From Candidatus Pelagadaptatus aseana (GTDB taxonomy: Bacteria > Pseudomonadota > Gammaproteobacteria > Pseudomonadales > Cellvibrionaceae), in the NCBI GenBank assembly GCA_040365065.1, contig BAABNI010000004.1, positions 80,854-144,853 on the forward strand: DNA of 64,000 nucleotides, read 5' to 3'. Under the pieces are notes generated by a model. That model did no database searches. It was not told the origin of the DNA and saw only the letters and a program-made list of their open reading frames with translations. Every line of letters starts with the position of its first letter. The first letter of the stretch is position 1. Shown piece after piece: positions 54,990-63,559 of the stretch. The translations under genes were made by a program, and so were the position numbers.

Positions 54990-56099
54990 CTATATCACTA
55001 TCAACTCGGCCTGTAAGGCGCCGGCCTGTTTCATGGCCTCCAGGATGGCCATCAAATCGCCGGGCGCCGCGCCAACCAGATTCACCGCCCGGACAATATC
55101 ATCCAGCGTTGGACCCGGTGAAAACTTGAACATGGGGTTCTTCTCTTCATCAATCCCCACATTGCTTTCCGGTAACACCACCGTTGTACCATCTGCCAGA
55201 GCATCCGGTTGACTGACTTGCACCGCTTCATCCACGGTTACCGTCAGGCTGCCATGAGTAACGGCTACGGGTTTAACCCGGACATTCTGCCCCACCACGA
55301 TGGTACCGGTGCGGGAATTGATAATAACCTTGGCAGCCTCTTCGCCGGGATCTACTTCGATGTTTTCCAGCAGTGACAGAAAATTAACCTTGTGGGCCGG
55401 GTTAACAGGGGCATCGACCATAATGGAAGTTGAATCCATGGGCCGTGCCACATCGGGGCCTAGCAATTCATTAATGCTTTGAGCAACACGTTTGGCCGTC
55501 GTAAAATCCGAGCGGTGCAAATTAAAGACAATGGGTTTGCCATTGGAAAAATTATCGGGCACCGAGCGCTCTACCACGGCACCATTGGGAATGCGACCAA
55601 CACTGGGGACATTGACCGTAATTTTGGAACCGTCAGCACCCTCGGCACCAAAGCCACCCACAATCAAATTACCCTGAGCAATGGCGTAGGTATTACCATC
55701 AATCCCTTTTAAAGGTGCCATCAACAAACTGCCGCCACGCAGGCTTTTGGCGTTACCGATGGACGAGATGGTCACGTCAATTTCCTGACCAGGTTTGGCA
55801 AAAGGCGGCAGTTCAGCATGCAGAGAAACCGCCGCAACGTTTTTAAGCTGCATCCGGGCACCCTCGGGAATGGTGATGCCAAATTGCTTCATCATGCTGT
55901 TAAAAGACTGGGTCGTAAACGGCGTCTGATTGGTTTGATCACCACTGCCATCCAGTCCAACCACCAGGCCATAGCCCACCAGCTGATTGGATCGAACACC
56001 GGCAATGGATGCCAAATCTTTGATACGCTCTGACATGGCCGGTGTACTCATCAGCCCCAGAGCAATTGAGACAATCGTCAGAATTTTTTTCATCTTCAC
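54990..56099 (-). CDS. flgI: Flagellar P-ring protein FlgI
   Basis: 369 aa. A signal peptide is followed by [31 protein letters not shown], the canonical FlgI start. Confidence 0.95.
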   Translation of the reverse strand: MKMKKILTIVSIALGLMSTPAMSERIKDLASIAGVRSNQLVGYGLVVGLDGSGDQTNQTPFTTQSFNSMMKQFGITIPEGARMQLKNVAAVSLHAELPPFAKPGQEIDVTISSIGNAKSLRGGSLLMAPLKGIDGNTYAIAQGNLIVGGFGAEGADGSKITVNVPSVGRIPNGAVVERSVPDNFSNGKPIVFNLHRSDFTTAKRVAQSINELLGPDVARPMDSTSIMVDAPVNPAHKVNFLSLLENIEVDPGEEAAKVIINSRTGTIVVGQNVRVKPVAVTHGSLTVTVDEAVQVSQPDALADGTTVVLPESNVGIDEEKNPMFKFSPGPTLDDIVRAVNLVGAAPGDLMAILEAMKQAGALQAELIVI

Positions 56100-56117
56100 A
56101 CACTCACTTCCGACAAA

Positions 56118-56816
56118 TTAGAACGGCCAAATTGGGCTGTTAAAGAATCGGGTTAACCACCCTGCTGCTGTATTGTCAGCCAATTGTCCGGTGCCACTGT
56201 AGGTAATGCGCGCATTGGCAAGTTTGGTAGACATAATCTCATTATCCGGAGAAATATCATCAGGGCGAATGATGCCGCTGATGCGGATGTATTCATCACC
56301 ACGATTCAACGTCATCCACTTTTCTCCGCGAACGACCAAGTTACCATTCACCAGTACTTCGGAAACCGTCACAGTGATACTGCCATCGAGCTGGTTACTC
56401 TGATCGGCGTCTGCCTCTCCGGTAAATTCCCGGTTCTGTTCCAGATTGGTAGCCAAACCTAAATTGCTGAACGTAGGATTGGAACCCAGCAAGGTATTGC
56501 CTGCACTGTTTTCATTAAAATCCAGTTCACTTTCCTTGGTCATGGATACATTGGTTGTCTTGGTCGAGGAGGTTCTTTCATTGAGAACAATGGTAATAAT
56601 GTCCCCTACTCTGTGTGCCTTACGATCTTCAAACAGCGACATGCCGTAATCCGGCCTATAAATAGCACCTTCATTGGCTCTGGGAACCGCCATGGCAGGG
56701 TCATAAACCGGAGCGTAGCGCGGGTCACCCGGAACCGGAGGTTGCTGAATCACACAGGCACTCAGTGATGCTACCGCACCCACGACTGCCAGATTTTTAA
56801 ATAATTTGGAGAGCAT
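56118..56816 (-). CDS. flgH: Flagellar L-ring lipoprotein FlgH
   Basis: 232 aa. Lipobox LSAC. Motifs HRVGDIITIVLNE and IRPDDISPDN. Confidence 0.95.
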   Translation of the reverse strand: MLSKLFKNLAVVGAVASLSACVIQQPPVPGDPRYAPVYDPAMAVPRANEGAIYRPDYGMSLFEDRKAHRVGDIITIVLNERTSSTKTTNVSMTKESELDFNENSAGNTLLGSNPTFSNLGLATNLEQNREFTGEADADQSNQLDGSITVTVSEVLVNGNLVVRGEKWMTLNRGDEYIRISGIIRPDDISPDNEIMSTKLANARITYSGTGQLADNTAAGWLTRFFNSPIWPF

Positions 56817-56854
56817 ATCTATTACCTCTAACGCTTCAGCAACCGGTTACATCA

Positions 56855-57640
56855 TTACAGGGTTTGGGTAATAAACTGCAACATGGAATCGGCCGTCGAT
56901 ACGACTTTCGAGTTGAGCTCGTAAACCCGCTGGGTGGTGATCATATTCACCATCTCTTCAACAATATCCACATTGGAATTTTCCAGTGTGCCCTGCAGGA
57001 TTTCGCCCATGCCATTTTCACCGGGCGTACCATTGATGGGATCACCACTGGCGGCTGTTTCCAGAAACAGGTTGCCACCGACACTTTGCAGACCGGAAGG
57101 ATTAATAAAATCCACCAAATCAAACTGACCGATTTGCGTCGGGTTTGGATCACCTTCCTGATAGGCGTTGACGATGCCATCGGTACCAATGGTAATTTTG
57201 TTGGTGCCTTCCGGTACATTGATGTTGGGTTCCATCAACAGGCCACTGGAGTTCACCAGATCGCCATCGGAATTAATTTGCAACTGACCATTACGGGTGT
57301 AAGCGGTATCGCCATTGGGCAACAACACCTGCAAGAAGCCGCGACCATCAATCGCCAAATCCAGCGCTTGCTCGGTGACCTGCAAAGTCCCTTCGGTAAA
57401 CTGTTTATTGGTACCCGCCACACGCACACCCACACCCAGCTGCAAACCGGAGGGTAATTCATTGTCGCGGTTGGTCTGACCACCCGGTTGGCGCTGAATC
57501 TGATACAGCAGGTCTTCAAACACCGCCCTATCGCGTTTAAAACCCACCGTCGAGGCATTGGCCAGGTTGTTGGAAATGGTGCTCAGCTGTTTGTCCTGAG
57601 CGCTTAACCCGGTTTTACTGACATATAGTGCGGCGTGCAT
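56855..57640 (-). CDS. flgG: Flagellar distal rod protein FlgG
   Basis: 261 aa. MHAALYVSKTGLSAQDKQLSTISNNLANASTVGFKRDRAVFEDLLYQ... and the C-terminal LENSNVDIVEEMVNMITTQRVYE. Confidence 0.95.
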   Translation of the reverse strand: MHAALYVSKTGLSAQDKQLSTISNNLANASTVGFKRDRAVFEDLLYQIQRQPGGQTNRDNELPSGLQLGVGVRVAGTNKQFTEGTLQVTEQALDLAIDGRGFLQVLLPNGDTAYTRNGQLQINSDGDLVNSSGLLMEPNINVPEGTNKITIGTDGIVNAYQEGDPNPTQIGQFDLVDFINPSGLQSVGGNLFLETAASGDPINGTPGENGMGEILQGTLENSNVDIVEEMVNMITTQRVYELNSKVVSTADSMLQFITQTL

Positions 57641-57663
57641 AGGTTCACCTCATCAAGTGAAAA

Positions 57664-58407
57664 TTAGGATTGAGAAAGCAACTTGGAGGAAGATTCCGAG
57701 TTCTTCTCAACCGTCTGCATCATTTTTAATTGCATTTCGTATTGGCGTGACAGGCTCAACACCTCGGTAAATTCATGGATGGTGTTGACGTTACTGCCCT
57801 CCACAAATCCCGGCGCCACAGTGACATTGACATCCACCGGCGCAATGCCACCATCTTTCAGGCGAATCAGGCCGTCCTCGCCCTTTTCAATATCTTCCCA
57901 AACCGGACGGACCAGTTTGATCTGATCTACCTGAGCCAATTCTTCCGGTCCATCACCGAGAATCTGAACACTGACAATACCGTCGTTGGAGATCATTATT
58001 TTCTGATCCGGTGGAATCGAGATTGGACCTCCCGTGCCAATAATGGGCAGGCCTGTGCTGGTTCGCAGAATACCGTTGGCGTCTACCGACAAATCACCGA
58101 CTCGGGTGTAGGCTTCCTGGCCCGCGCGATCCTGAACGGCAATCAGACCCTCCCCTTCAATGGCAATATCCAGATCACGGCCGGTTTCAATCAACGGCCC
58201 GGGTACAAAATTGGTGGCCGGATTTTCGGTCATGGCGTAGGCGCGGGTAGGATGCCCGTCGCCGTAATAAACCCCCATACTGCGTGCCTGAGCAAAGTCA
58301 GCACGGAAACCCGTGGTATTGGCGTTGGCCAGATTATTTGAGTGCGCTGCCTGGGCCATCATGTTGTTCTTGGCCCCGGTCATTGAGATATATAGCGCTT
58401 TATCCAT
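57664..58407 (-). CDS. flgF: Flagellar proximal rod protein FlgF
   Basis: 247 aa. MDKALYISMTGAKNNMMAQAAHSNNLANANTTGFRADF... and the C-terminal VEGSNVNTIHEFTEVLSLSRQYE. Confidence 0.9.
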   Translation of the reverse strand: MDKALYISMTGAKNNMMAQAAHSNNLANANTTGFRADFAQARSMGVYYGDGHPTRAYAMTENPATNFVPGPLIETGRDLDIAIEGEGLIAVQDRAGQEAYTRVGDLSVDANGILRTSTGLPIIGTGGPISIPPDQKIMISNDGIVSVQILGDGPEELAQVDQIKLVRPVWEDIEKGEDGLIRLKDGGIAPVDVNVTVAPGFVEGSNVNTIHEFTEVLSLSRQYEMQLKMMQTVEKNSESSSKLLSQS

Positions 58408-58473
58408 GACGATCTCCGGTTCAAATTTTCAGGTGCCGGTTTATTGTCACCTGAGAGTTCTACACAGAGAAAA

Positions 58474-58489
58474 TGCAAGGGATGTGCCA
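58474..58489 (-). promoter_or_regulatory. Sigma-54 promoter for flgFGHIJ
   Basis: The minus strand reads TGGCACATCCCTTGCA, an exact TGGCAC-N5-TTGCA consensus. It lies 67 nt upstream of the flgF ATG. Confidence 0.8.
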
Positions 58490-58523
58490 GAAACAATCGA
58501 TAGAAAAGGGAGGATAAAGGGTA

Positions 58524-58695
58524 AGAGATCCTTCACTTCGTTCAGGATGACATGGCGCCACTTCGTTCAGGATGACATGGCGTCACTTGATTCAGGGTGA
58601 CACGGATTTGCGCCACCATAAACCTGACATCCTCCCTGTCATCATGACGACCGCTGCTAACGTCATCCTGACGACCAAAGGGAGGAAGGATCTCT
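58524..58695. repeat. Composite REP/MITE-like element (172 bp) between flgE and the flgF promoter
   Basis: Left end AGAGATCCTTCACTTCGTTCAGGATGACATGGCG. This is followed by two partial tandem copies (CCACTTCGTTCAGGATGACATGGCG; TCACTTGATTCAGGGTGACACGG). Right end CGTCATCCTGACGACCAAAGGGAGGAAGGATCTCT. The ends are inverted: AGAGATCCTTC / GAAGGATCTCT and TCAGGATGAC / GTCATCCTGA. Confidence 0.75.
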
Positions 58696-58700
58696 ATTTA

Positions 58701-61700
58701 TTAACGAAGATTAATAATGGTCTGGGTAGTCTGGTTAGCCGTCTCAATGGTCTTCGAGTTTGCCTGGAAGTTACGCTGGGCAATAATCAAATTCACCAAT
58801 TGTTCGGACAGATCCACGTTGGACTCTTCCACCGCGCCAGACTGAATCACACCCAGTGCCGCCGTGCCGGGTGTACCAATGTTCGGCACACCGGATTCAA
58901 AGTTCTCAGCCCACATGGTATCACCCACCGGCTGTAGACCCTGAGAGTTGGCAAATTCAGCCAAGGCAATCTGTCCCAGCGTCTGGGCCTCACCATTGGT
59001 AAAGCGGGCAAAGATGATACCGTCGTCATCAATGCTGATGCCGGACAAACGACCGGTAGTAAAGCCGTTTTGGTCCACATCATTCACGGCAAAGTCGCTA
59101 CCGAACTGTGTGGTGCCCATCAGATCAATGGCAAAGTTGGAACTGCTTGGAGGCTCAGGGATGGGCAAAGTACCTCCCTGCAATTGATTCTGTGGACCCA
59201 GGGCACCATTCGGCTGACCATCAGCATCCAGTGGTTCCCAGTTGGAGATCAACACCTCATCGGACAACAGCGTATTGGCGGTACCATCCTGGTTAAAGAA
59301 CAGGTTAAAGGTCGCGCGAGTCGGCAGAGTATTGTCTGGTGGCGGCAGGGTGGTGATTGGATCACCCACATCGGCACCGTCAATCAACACATGCATCTGC
59401 CAGTGGTTCTGCGATGTGGTTGGATCGGCCGGATCGTAAGGTTGTTTCACAAAATACTGGGTCGCGATATGGGAGTTACCCAGACTGTCGTAAATGGTAA
59501 CCGAAGTCGCATGGTTGTAGGTGGTCTGATCGTTCGGATCAAACTGGTTGATCACGAATGGCTGGAAAGTGGTTGCCGTAAACGGACCAAACAAACCAAT
59601 GGCCGGAGGCGTCGGATCGGTAGCGGTATAGCCCTCATCCAAGACAATATCGATGGCGCCACCGACAATCACCGCACTGGGGTTGCCATTCACGCCTTCG
59701 GCGCGGTTATTGGCACCATCTGCGCCCTGATACAGCGTGCCCACCAGATTAGGCACCGTATTCAAACCCAACACATCGTTGGTGACATTGGTAATCCGTA
59801 CCGAGTGGTTGATACCGGGTTGTCCGGTTTCAAAATAGATCTGGTTGGTAGCCGCATCCAGAGCCACAGTCACATTACCAACACCGGCGGCGGTATCCAC
59901 TGCAGCCTGAACGGCCGCCAGAGTTGTAGCTGGATCAGGAGCAGCACCCAGATCGGCAGCGCCACCCATGGCCGTTTGAATCGTCAGCAGATTGAGAGTA
60001 TCCAAACCACCCCCCACATTGTCCAACAGAATACTGCCGGCGACACCCGTGGTTGCGGTCGAGAAACTCAAGGCAAAATTGGTGGGATCCATATTAACGA
60101 TCACATCACCAGGCGCTACCGTTGCGGCGTCTACGGCTGCCTGAATCTGAGCTTGCAATTGGGCTGGCGTCACCGCTGAGCCATCAACAAAACCGGTCAA
60201 ATCGACGTTGGCCACTGCTGGGCCCTGGATGGTTAAATCAAAAGTCGTGGTCATGGCGGTTGACAGGACAGTGTCCAGAGTCGTACCAGCCACGGGGGTA
60301 CTGCCGTTCAGAATCAAATCGTTATTAATACCACCGAGGTCCACCGTAACAAAACCCTGACCATCGACGGACAGATCCAGAGTCGGCGACGGAACTTGAG
60401 TCCACCAGTTTTCAGAACCGGTCACAACGGTACTGGCATTCGGGGTCTGAGCAACAGTGGCCGTTGCCGTGCCATTGTTAAGAGGATCAGCCTCCAAAAT
60501 ACTGCCAACGGTGGAGGTATCCCCCTGAATGGCAATGGAGTCGCCGTCGTCCGTACTGCTGAATTCAAACACCAGATCATCACCCACAGAGGATTCCACG
60601 GCCAACGTACCGGTTGCAGCATCAAAAGTGGCCGAGACACCGGGCAAGGTAGAAGTGGTCAGCGCATTGATTTGGGTTTCCAGATCCTGCAGCGTGTCAC
60701 CAGTCAGGGCAACATTATTCAGTGTAACCACACTGTTACCGTTGATGTTGGTAAAGCTGGAGAGAGTTGCCATGGTAGTGGCCGTAGCCGAAACACCGGA
60801 CAGTGCATTCATCTCGGAGGCCGTTTCCGCTGCAGAGTTACCCTCAACGGCGCTGTAAGTCACCACGTTGCCATCGGGATCCGTGATATCGATTGATTGC
60901 AAAGGGTAGCCATTGTCTACGGCTGCCTGACCACTGCTGTCGGAAATACGCCCACCGCCTACAGGCAAACCCAGAACCGAGGCTGCATCACCACCTCGAT
61001 ACAAGGCATTGACCAGATTAGGTGAACCACTGGCGCCCTGCAGCCCCAGAATATCGGTGTTTACTACCTGTGTAATTTGAATGGTATTGGTGGCACCGTC
61101 GTTGTTGGTTTCAAAGTAAACCCGGCCGGTAGCGGCATCAACGTGAACGTCCGCCAGATCGGAACCCACTGCGGTATCCAAACGCGCATTCAATTGAGCT
61201 TCCAGCTGCGCCAAAGTCGCCTGCGGCCCAATATCGCCAATAATGACCCGAACCGGAGCGGTGCCATTTACAGAGATTTCAAAACCGGCACCGTCGCTGC
61301 CGGTATTCTGCAGACCCAATGGCGTAGTCAAACCGAGAGAATCCGTACCCGCCAGACTGTCAATGGATAGAGTCTGGGTAGCACCGGTAGCAATCGTCTC
61401 AAAGCTGATGGAACCTGAACCCGCCGGGAAGTTATTGTTGACCGCCTGAATCTGACCGGCCAGAGCGGAACCGCCAATCAGGACATTCAGTTGGGTAACC
61501 AACTGGTTTACGTCATCGTTATTCAGACCCGGGGTTACCGCATCGGCAGCAATGGCTGCCGCTTCGATATCCAGAGTTACCTGAGTACCATTGGCACTCA
61601 GAGTCACCGTGCTGGCACCACCGCCAGCAATGGTGGAAACCACAGTGGCATCAACCGTGGCCGAACCCGACGCAGAAGCCGGTGCCGGTGGGTCAATTGC

Positions 61701-62693
61701 GGTGAAATCCGGTGTTGGTACTGTAAACACGGTAGCGGCCTGATCGGTGACAGCCGGTGAATTGGTATTACCGTTAGTGACACTCACTTGAGAGGACTCA
61801 CCGGAAACCAGCGCTTGAAATTCCAGGTGGTAATCACCGCCACCGTCATCCACAGCAACCGCAATCACATCAATAGGATCTTGCGAGGAGTTAACCGTTG
61901 GTGAAAACAGCTGAGAGTTAATCACACCAGCCAGCGTGCGCAGGTCATTAAAGGTATTAATGGCAGCCGGCGCACCAGCCGCATTATCCAGCTGTACCGA
62001 GACGGTACCATTATTTGATGTGGCACCACTGAGCTGCACATCGAAGGTGATTGGGGTCTGGGTAAAATCGTTAACCAGTGGCAGGTTAAAACTGCCTGAC
62101 AGCAAAGTAGAGGTGGTGTCATTGAGCAGTCCCACCTGACTGACACCAATGGCATTGCCGTCGGTGACAAAGGTGGTGCCGGAGCGCTGCAGTACTTCCT
62201 CGGTTGCATCCAGGTTCAGGGTGGATTCAACCAATGTGGTTTGTCTTGGCGGTTGGTTGCCCGTCTGAATCTGCAGATCGCCCAGCACGCCCCCGACTAC
62301 ACCGTTGGCATCCGCCTGAAAACCCTGCAAATTAGCGCCAACGTTATTGACGATAAAGCCGTCTTTATCCAATCCAAGCGTACCGGCGCGGCTGAATACC
62401 TGATCACCACCATTATCCAGAACAAAGAAGCCGCTACCACTGATCGCCAGATCCAGAGAGTTTTCGGTAAAGGAAATATTGCCCTGAGTAAATTGTTGGG
62501 CAACGTCCTGCAGCCGGACACCACTACCGATGGTGTTGCTGCCAGCCCCCAGAATCGTGGTGGCATAAACATCACCAAATTCAGCCCGTGAGGCCTTAAA
62601 ACCGACCGTTGAAGCATTGGCAATGTTATTACCGGTGATCTTCAAGTCGGCATTTGACGCCCGAATACCACTGAGTGCTGTATTAAATGGCAT
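58701..62693 (-). CDS. flgE: Flagellar hook protein FlgE, giant (1330 aa)
   Basis: N-terminus MPFNTALSGIRASNADLKITGNNIANASTVGFKASRAEF. The D2-type segment TSVTIYDSLGNSHIATQYFVK is present. C-terminus SGAVEESNVDLSEQLVNLIIAQRNFQANSKTIETANQTTQTIINLR. About 870 extra residues lie between ~172 and ~1040. Confidence 0.95.
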   Translation of the reverse strand: MPFNTALSGIRASNADLKITGNNIANASTVGFKASRAEFGDVYATTILGAGSNTIGSGVRLQDVAQQFTQGNISFTENSLDLAISGSGFFVLDNGGDQVFSRAGTLGLDKDGFIVNNVGANLQGFQADANGVVGGVLGDLQIQTGNQPPRQTTLVESTLNLDATEEVLQRSGTTFVTDGNAIGVSQVGLLNDTTSTLLSGSFNLPLVNDFTQTPITFDVQLSGATSNNGTVSVQLDNAAGAPAAINTFNDLRTLAGVINSQLFSPTVNSSQDPIDVIAVAVDDGGGDYHLEFQALVSGESSQVSVTNGNTNSPAVTDQAATVFTVPTPDFTAIDPPAPASASGSATVDATVVSTIAGGGASTVTLSANGTQVTLDIEAAAIAADAVTPGLNNDDVNQLVTQLNVLIGGSALAGQIQAVNNNFPAGSGSISFETIATGATQTLSIDSLAGTDSLGLTTPLGLQNTGSDGAGFEISVNGTAPVRVIIGDIGPQATLAQLEAQLNARLDTAVGSDLADVHVDAATGRVYFETNNDGATNTIQITQVVNTDILGLQGASGSPNLVNALYRGGDAASVLGLPVGGGRISDSSGQAAVDNGYPLQSIDITDPDGNVVTYSAVEGNSAAETASEMNALSGVSATATTMATLSSFTNINGNSVVTLNNVALTGDTLQDLETQINALTTSTLPGVSATFDAATGTLAVESSVGDDLVFEFSSTDDGDSIAIQGDTSTVGSILEADPLNNGTATATVAQTPNASTVVTGSENWWTQVPSPTLDLSVDGQGFVTVDLGGINNDLILNGSTPVAGTTLDTVLSTAMTTTFDLTIQGPAVANVDLTGFVDGSAVTPAQLQAQIQAAVDAATVAPGDVIVNMDPTNFALSFSTATTGVAGSILLDNVGGGLDTLNLLTIQTAMGGAADLGAAPDPATTLAAVQAAVDTAAGVGNVTVALDAATNQIYFETGQPGINHSVRITNVTNDVLGLNTVPNLVGTLYQGADGANNRAEGVNGNPSAVIVGGAIDIVLDEGYTATDPTPPAIGLFGPFTATTFQPFVINQFDPNDQTTYNHATSVTIYDSLGNSHIATQYFVKQPYDPADPTTSQNHWQMHVLIDGADVGDPITTLPPPDNTLPTRATFNLFFNQDGTANTLLSDEVLISNWEPLDADGQPNGALGPQNQLQGGTLPIPEPPSSSNFAIDLMGTTQFGSDFAVNDVDQNGFTTGRLSGISIDDDGIIFARFTNGEAQTLGQIALAEFANSQGLQPVGDTMWAENFESGVPNIGTPGTAALGVIQSGAVEESNVDLSEQLVNLIIAQRNFQANSKTIETANQTTQTIINLR

Positions 62694-62754
62694 GTTACTC
62701 TCCTGCTTCTTGTTTTATCGATGCAAGCTCTGGCTGCACCTCACAAATTCTTTC

Positions 62755-62822
62755 TATGTCATCCTGAGCACAGCGAAGGATCTCCTGAAGACTCTTCCGC
62801 CCTGCGGTTGTCAGAATGACAT
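62755..62822. repeat. REP-like element pair between flgD and flgE
   Basis: TATGTCATCCTGAGCACAGCGAAGGATCTCC (62755-62785) and GAAGACTCTTCCGCCCTGCGGTTGTCAGAATGACAT (62788-62822). Confidence 0.65.
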
Positions 62823-62836
62823 TGTTGAATACTTCA

Positions 62837-63544
62837 CTAATTAAATTGCTTGATTTGCGCCATGCTAACCGGGCCGACACCCGCCAGATTCAGGGTCAAA
62901 TCACCGCTGTCTTCTAACGTCACGCTGTTGACGTTGTGGCTCAAAGCCATATCCAGTTGCGTCATATCGCCGCCAAGGTTTGCTGAAGCCTCAAAGGTAT
63001 AGGTACCCGCTGGAAGCCCCTCTTCATGACTGGACTGCCAATCGATCAATTCACCGTTGACCTCCATGTTGTAGCCGTCCCAACGGAACAACATGTCGCC
63101 CTTGGGCTGGAACCCAAGAGGTACAGACTCAACCAGAGATCCTGCGTCACTGTAGATATTCAACGTCATGTCGGTGGTGGAGGCAGGCAATTCAACACTG
63201 CCGGATACCACATTATTCAGTCCCAGACTGGCGGTATCACCGGGAACCGTCACCGCGCGACCAACCAGTGAAGTGGCCTGTAAGGTTTGCCCGGACATCA
63301 GGTTATTGCTCAGTTCTTCAAAACTGTTGGCTAACTGATCCAGATTTTCTACCTGAGAAAACTGAGCCAGTTCCGCCACCATGGCACTGTTTTCCTTGGG
63401 GCTCAGCGGGTCCTGGTTTTCCATCTGCGCCAACATTAATTCCAGAAAAGCATCTTTACCCAGCTCATTGCTTTTGGGAGCTTCTTTGGTTTTGGAATCA
63501 ATGGTGAGATTTTCAAAACCACTGATGGCACTGATATCTGTCAT
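62837..63544 (-). CDS. flgD: Flagellar hook capping/assembly protein FlgD
   Basis: 235 aa. KDAFLELMLAQMENQDPLSPKENSAMVAELAQFSQVE is the canonical FlgD motif. A C-terminal FLgD-Ig-like region is present. Confidence 0.9.
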   Translation of the reverse strand: MTDISAISGFENLTIDSKTKEAPKSNELGKDAFLELMLAQMENQDPLSPKENSAMVAELAQFSQVENLDQLANSFEELSNNLMSGQTLQATSLVGRAVTVPGDTASLGLNNVVSGSVELPASTTDMTLNIYSDAGSLVESVPLGFQPKGDMLFRWDGYNMEVNGELIDWQSSHEEGLPAGTYTFEASANLGGDMTQLDMALSHNVNSVTLEDSGDLTLNLAGVGPVSMAQIKQFN

Positions 63545-63559
63545 GACTCAAACTCTCCG

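Noticed and set aside
58313-58937. Two plus-strand ORFs (58313-58600 and 58572-58937) spanning the flgF start, the REP composite and the flgE 3' end.
   Set aside because: They are made of repeat-element sequence plus antisense of flgE/flgF. A sigma-54 promoter and REP units explain this interval better.
62694-62754. Possible sigma-54 or sigma-28 promoter directly upstream of flgE (GGTGCAGCCAGAGCTTGCA on the minus strand; ATCGATAA).
   Set aside because: GG and TTGC are out of register for GG-N10-GC, and the ATCGATAA has no -35 partner. No call was made, and flgE may be co-transcribed with flgBCD.
16461-62822. Whether the dispersed ~30-nt repeats could be a degenerate CRISPR array or CRISPR-like spacers.
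   Set aside because: - The copies are scattered over 46 kb and occur in both orientations.
- They are often inverted pairs with irregular spacing.
- No cas genes are present.
- This behaviour fits REP/MITE-type elements.
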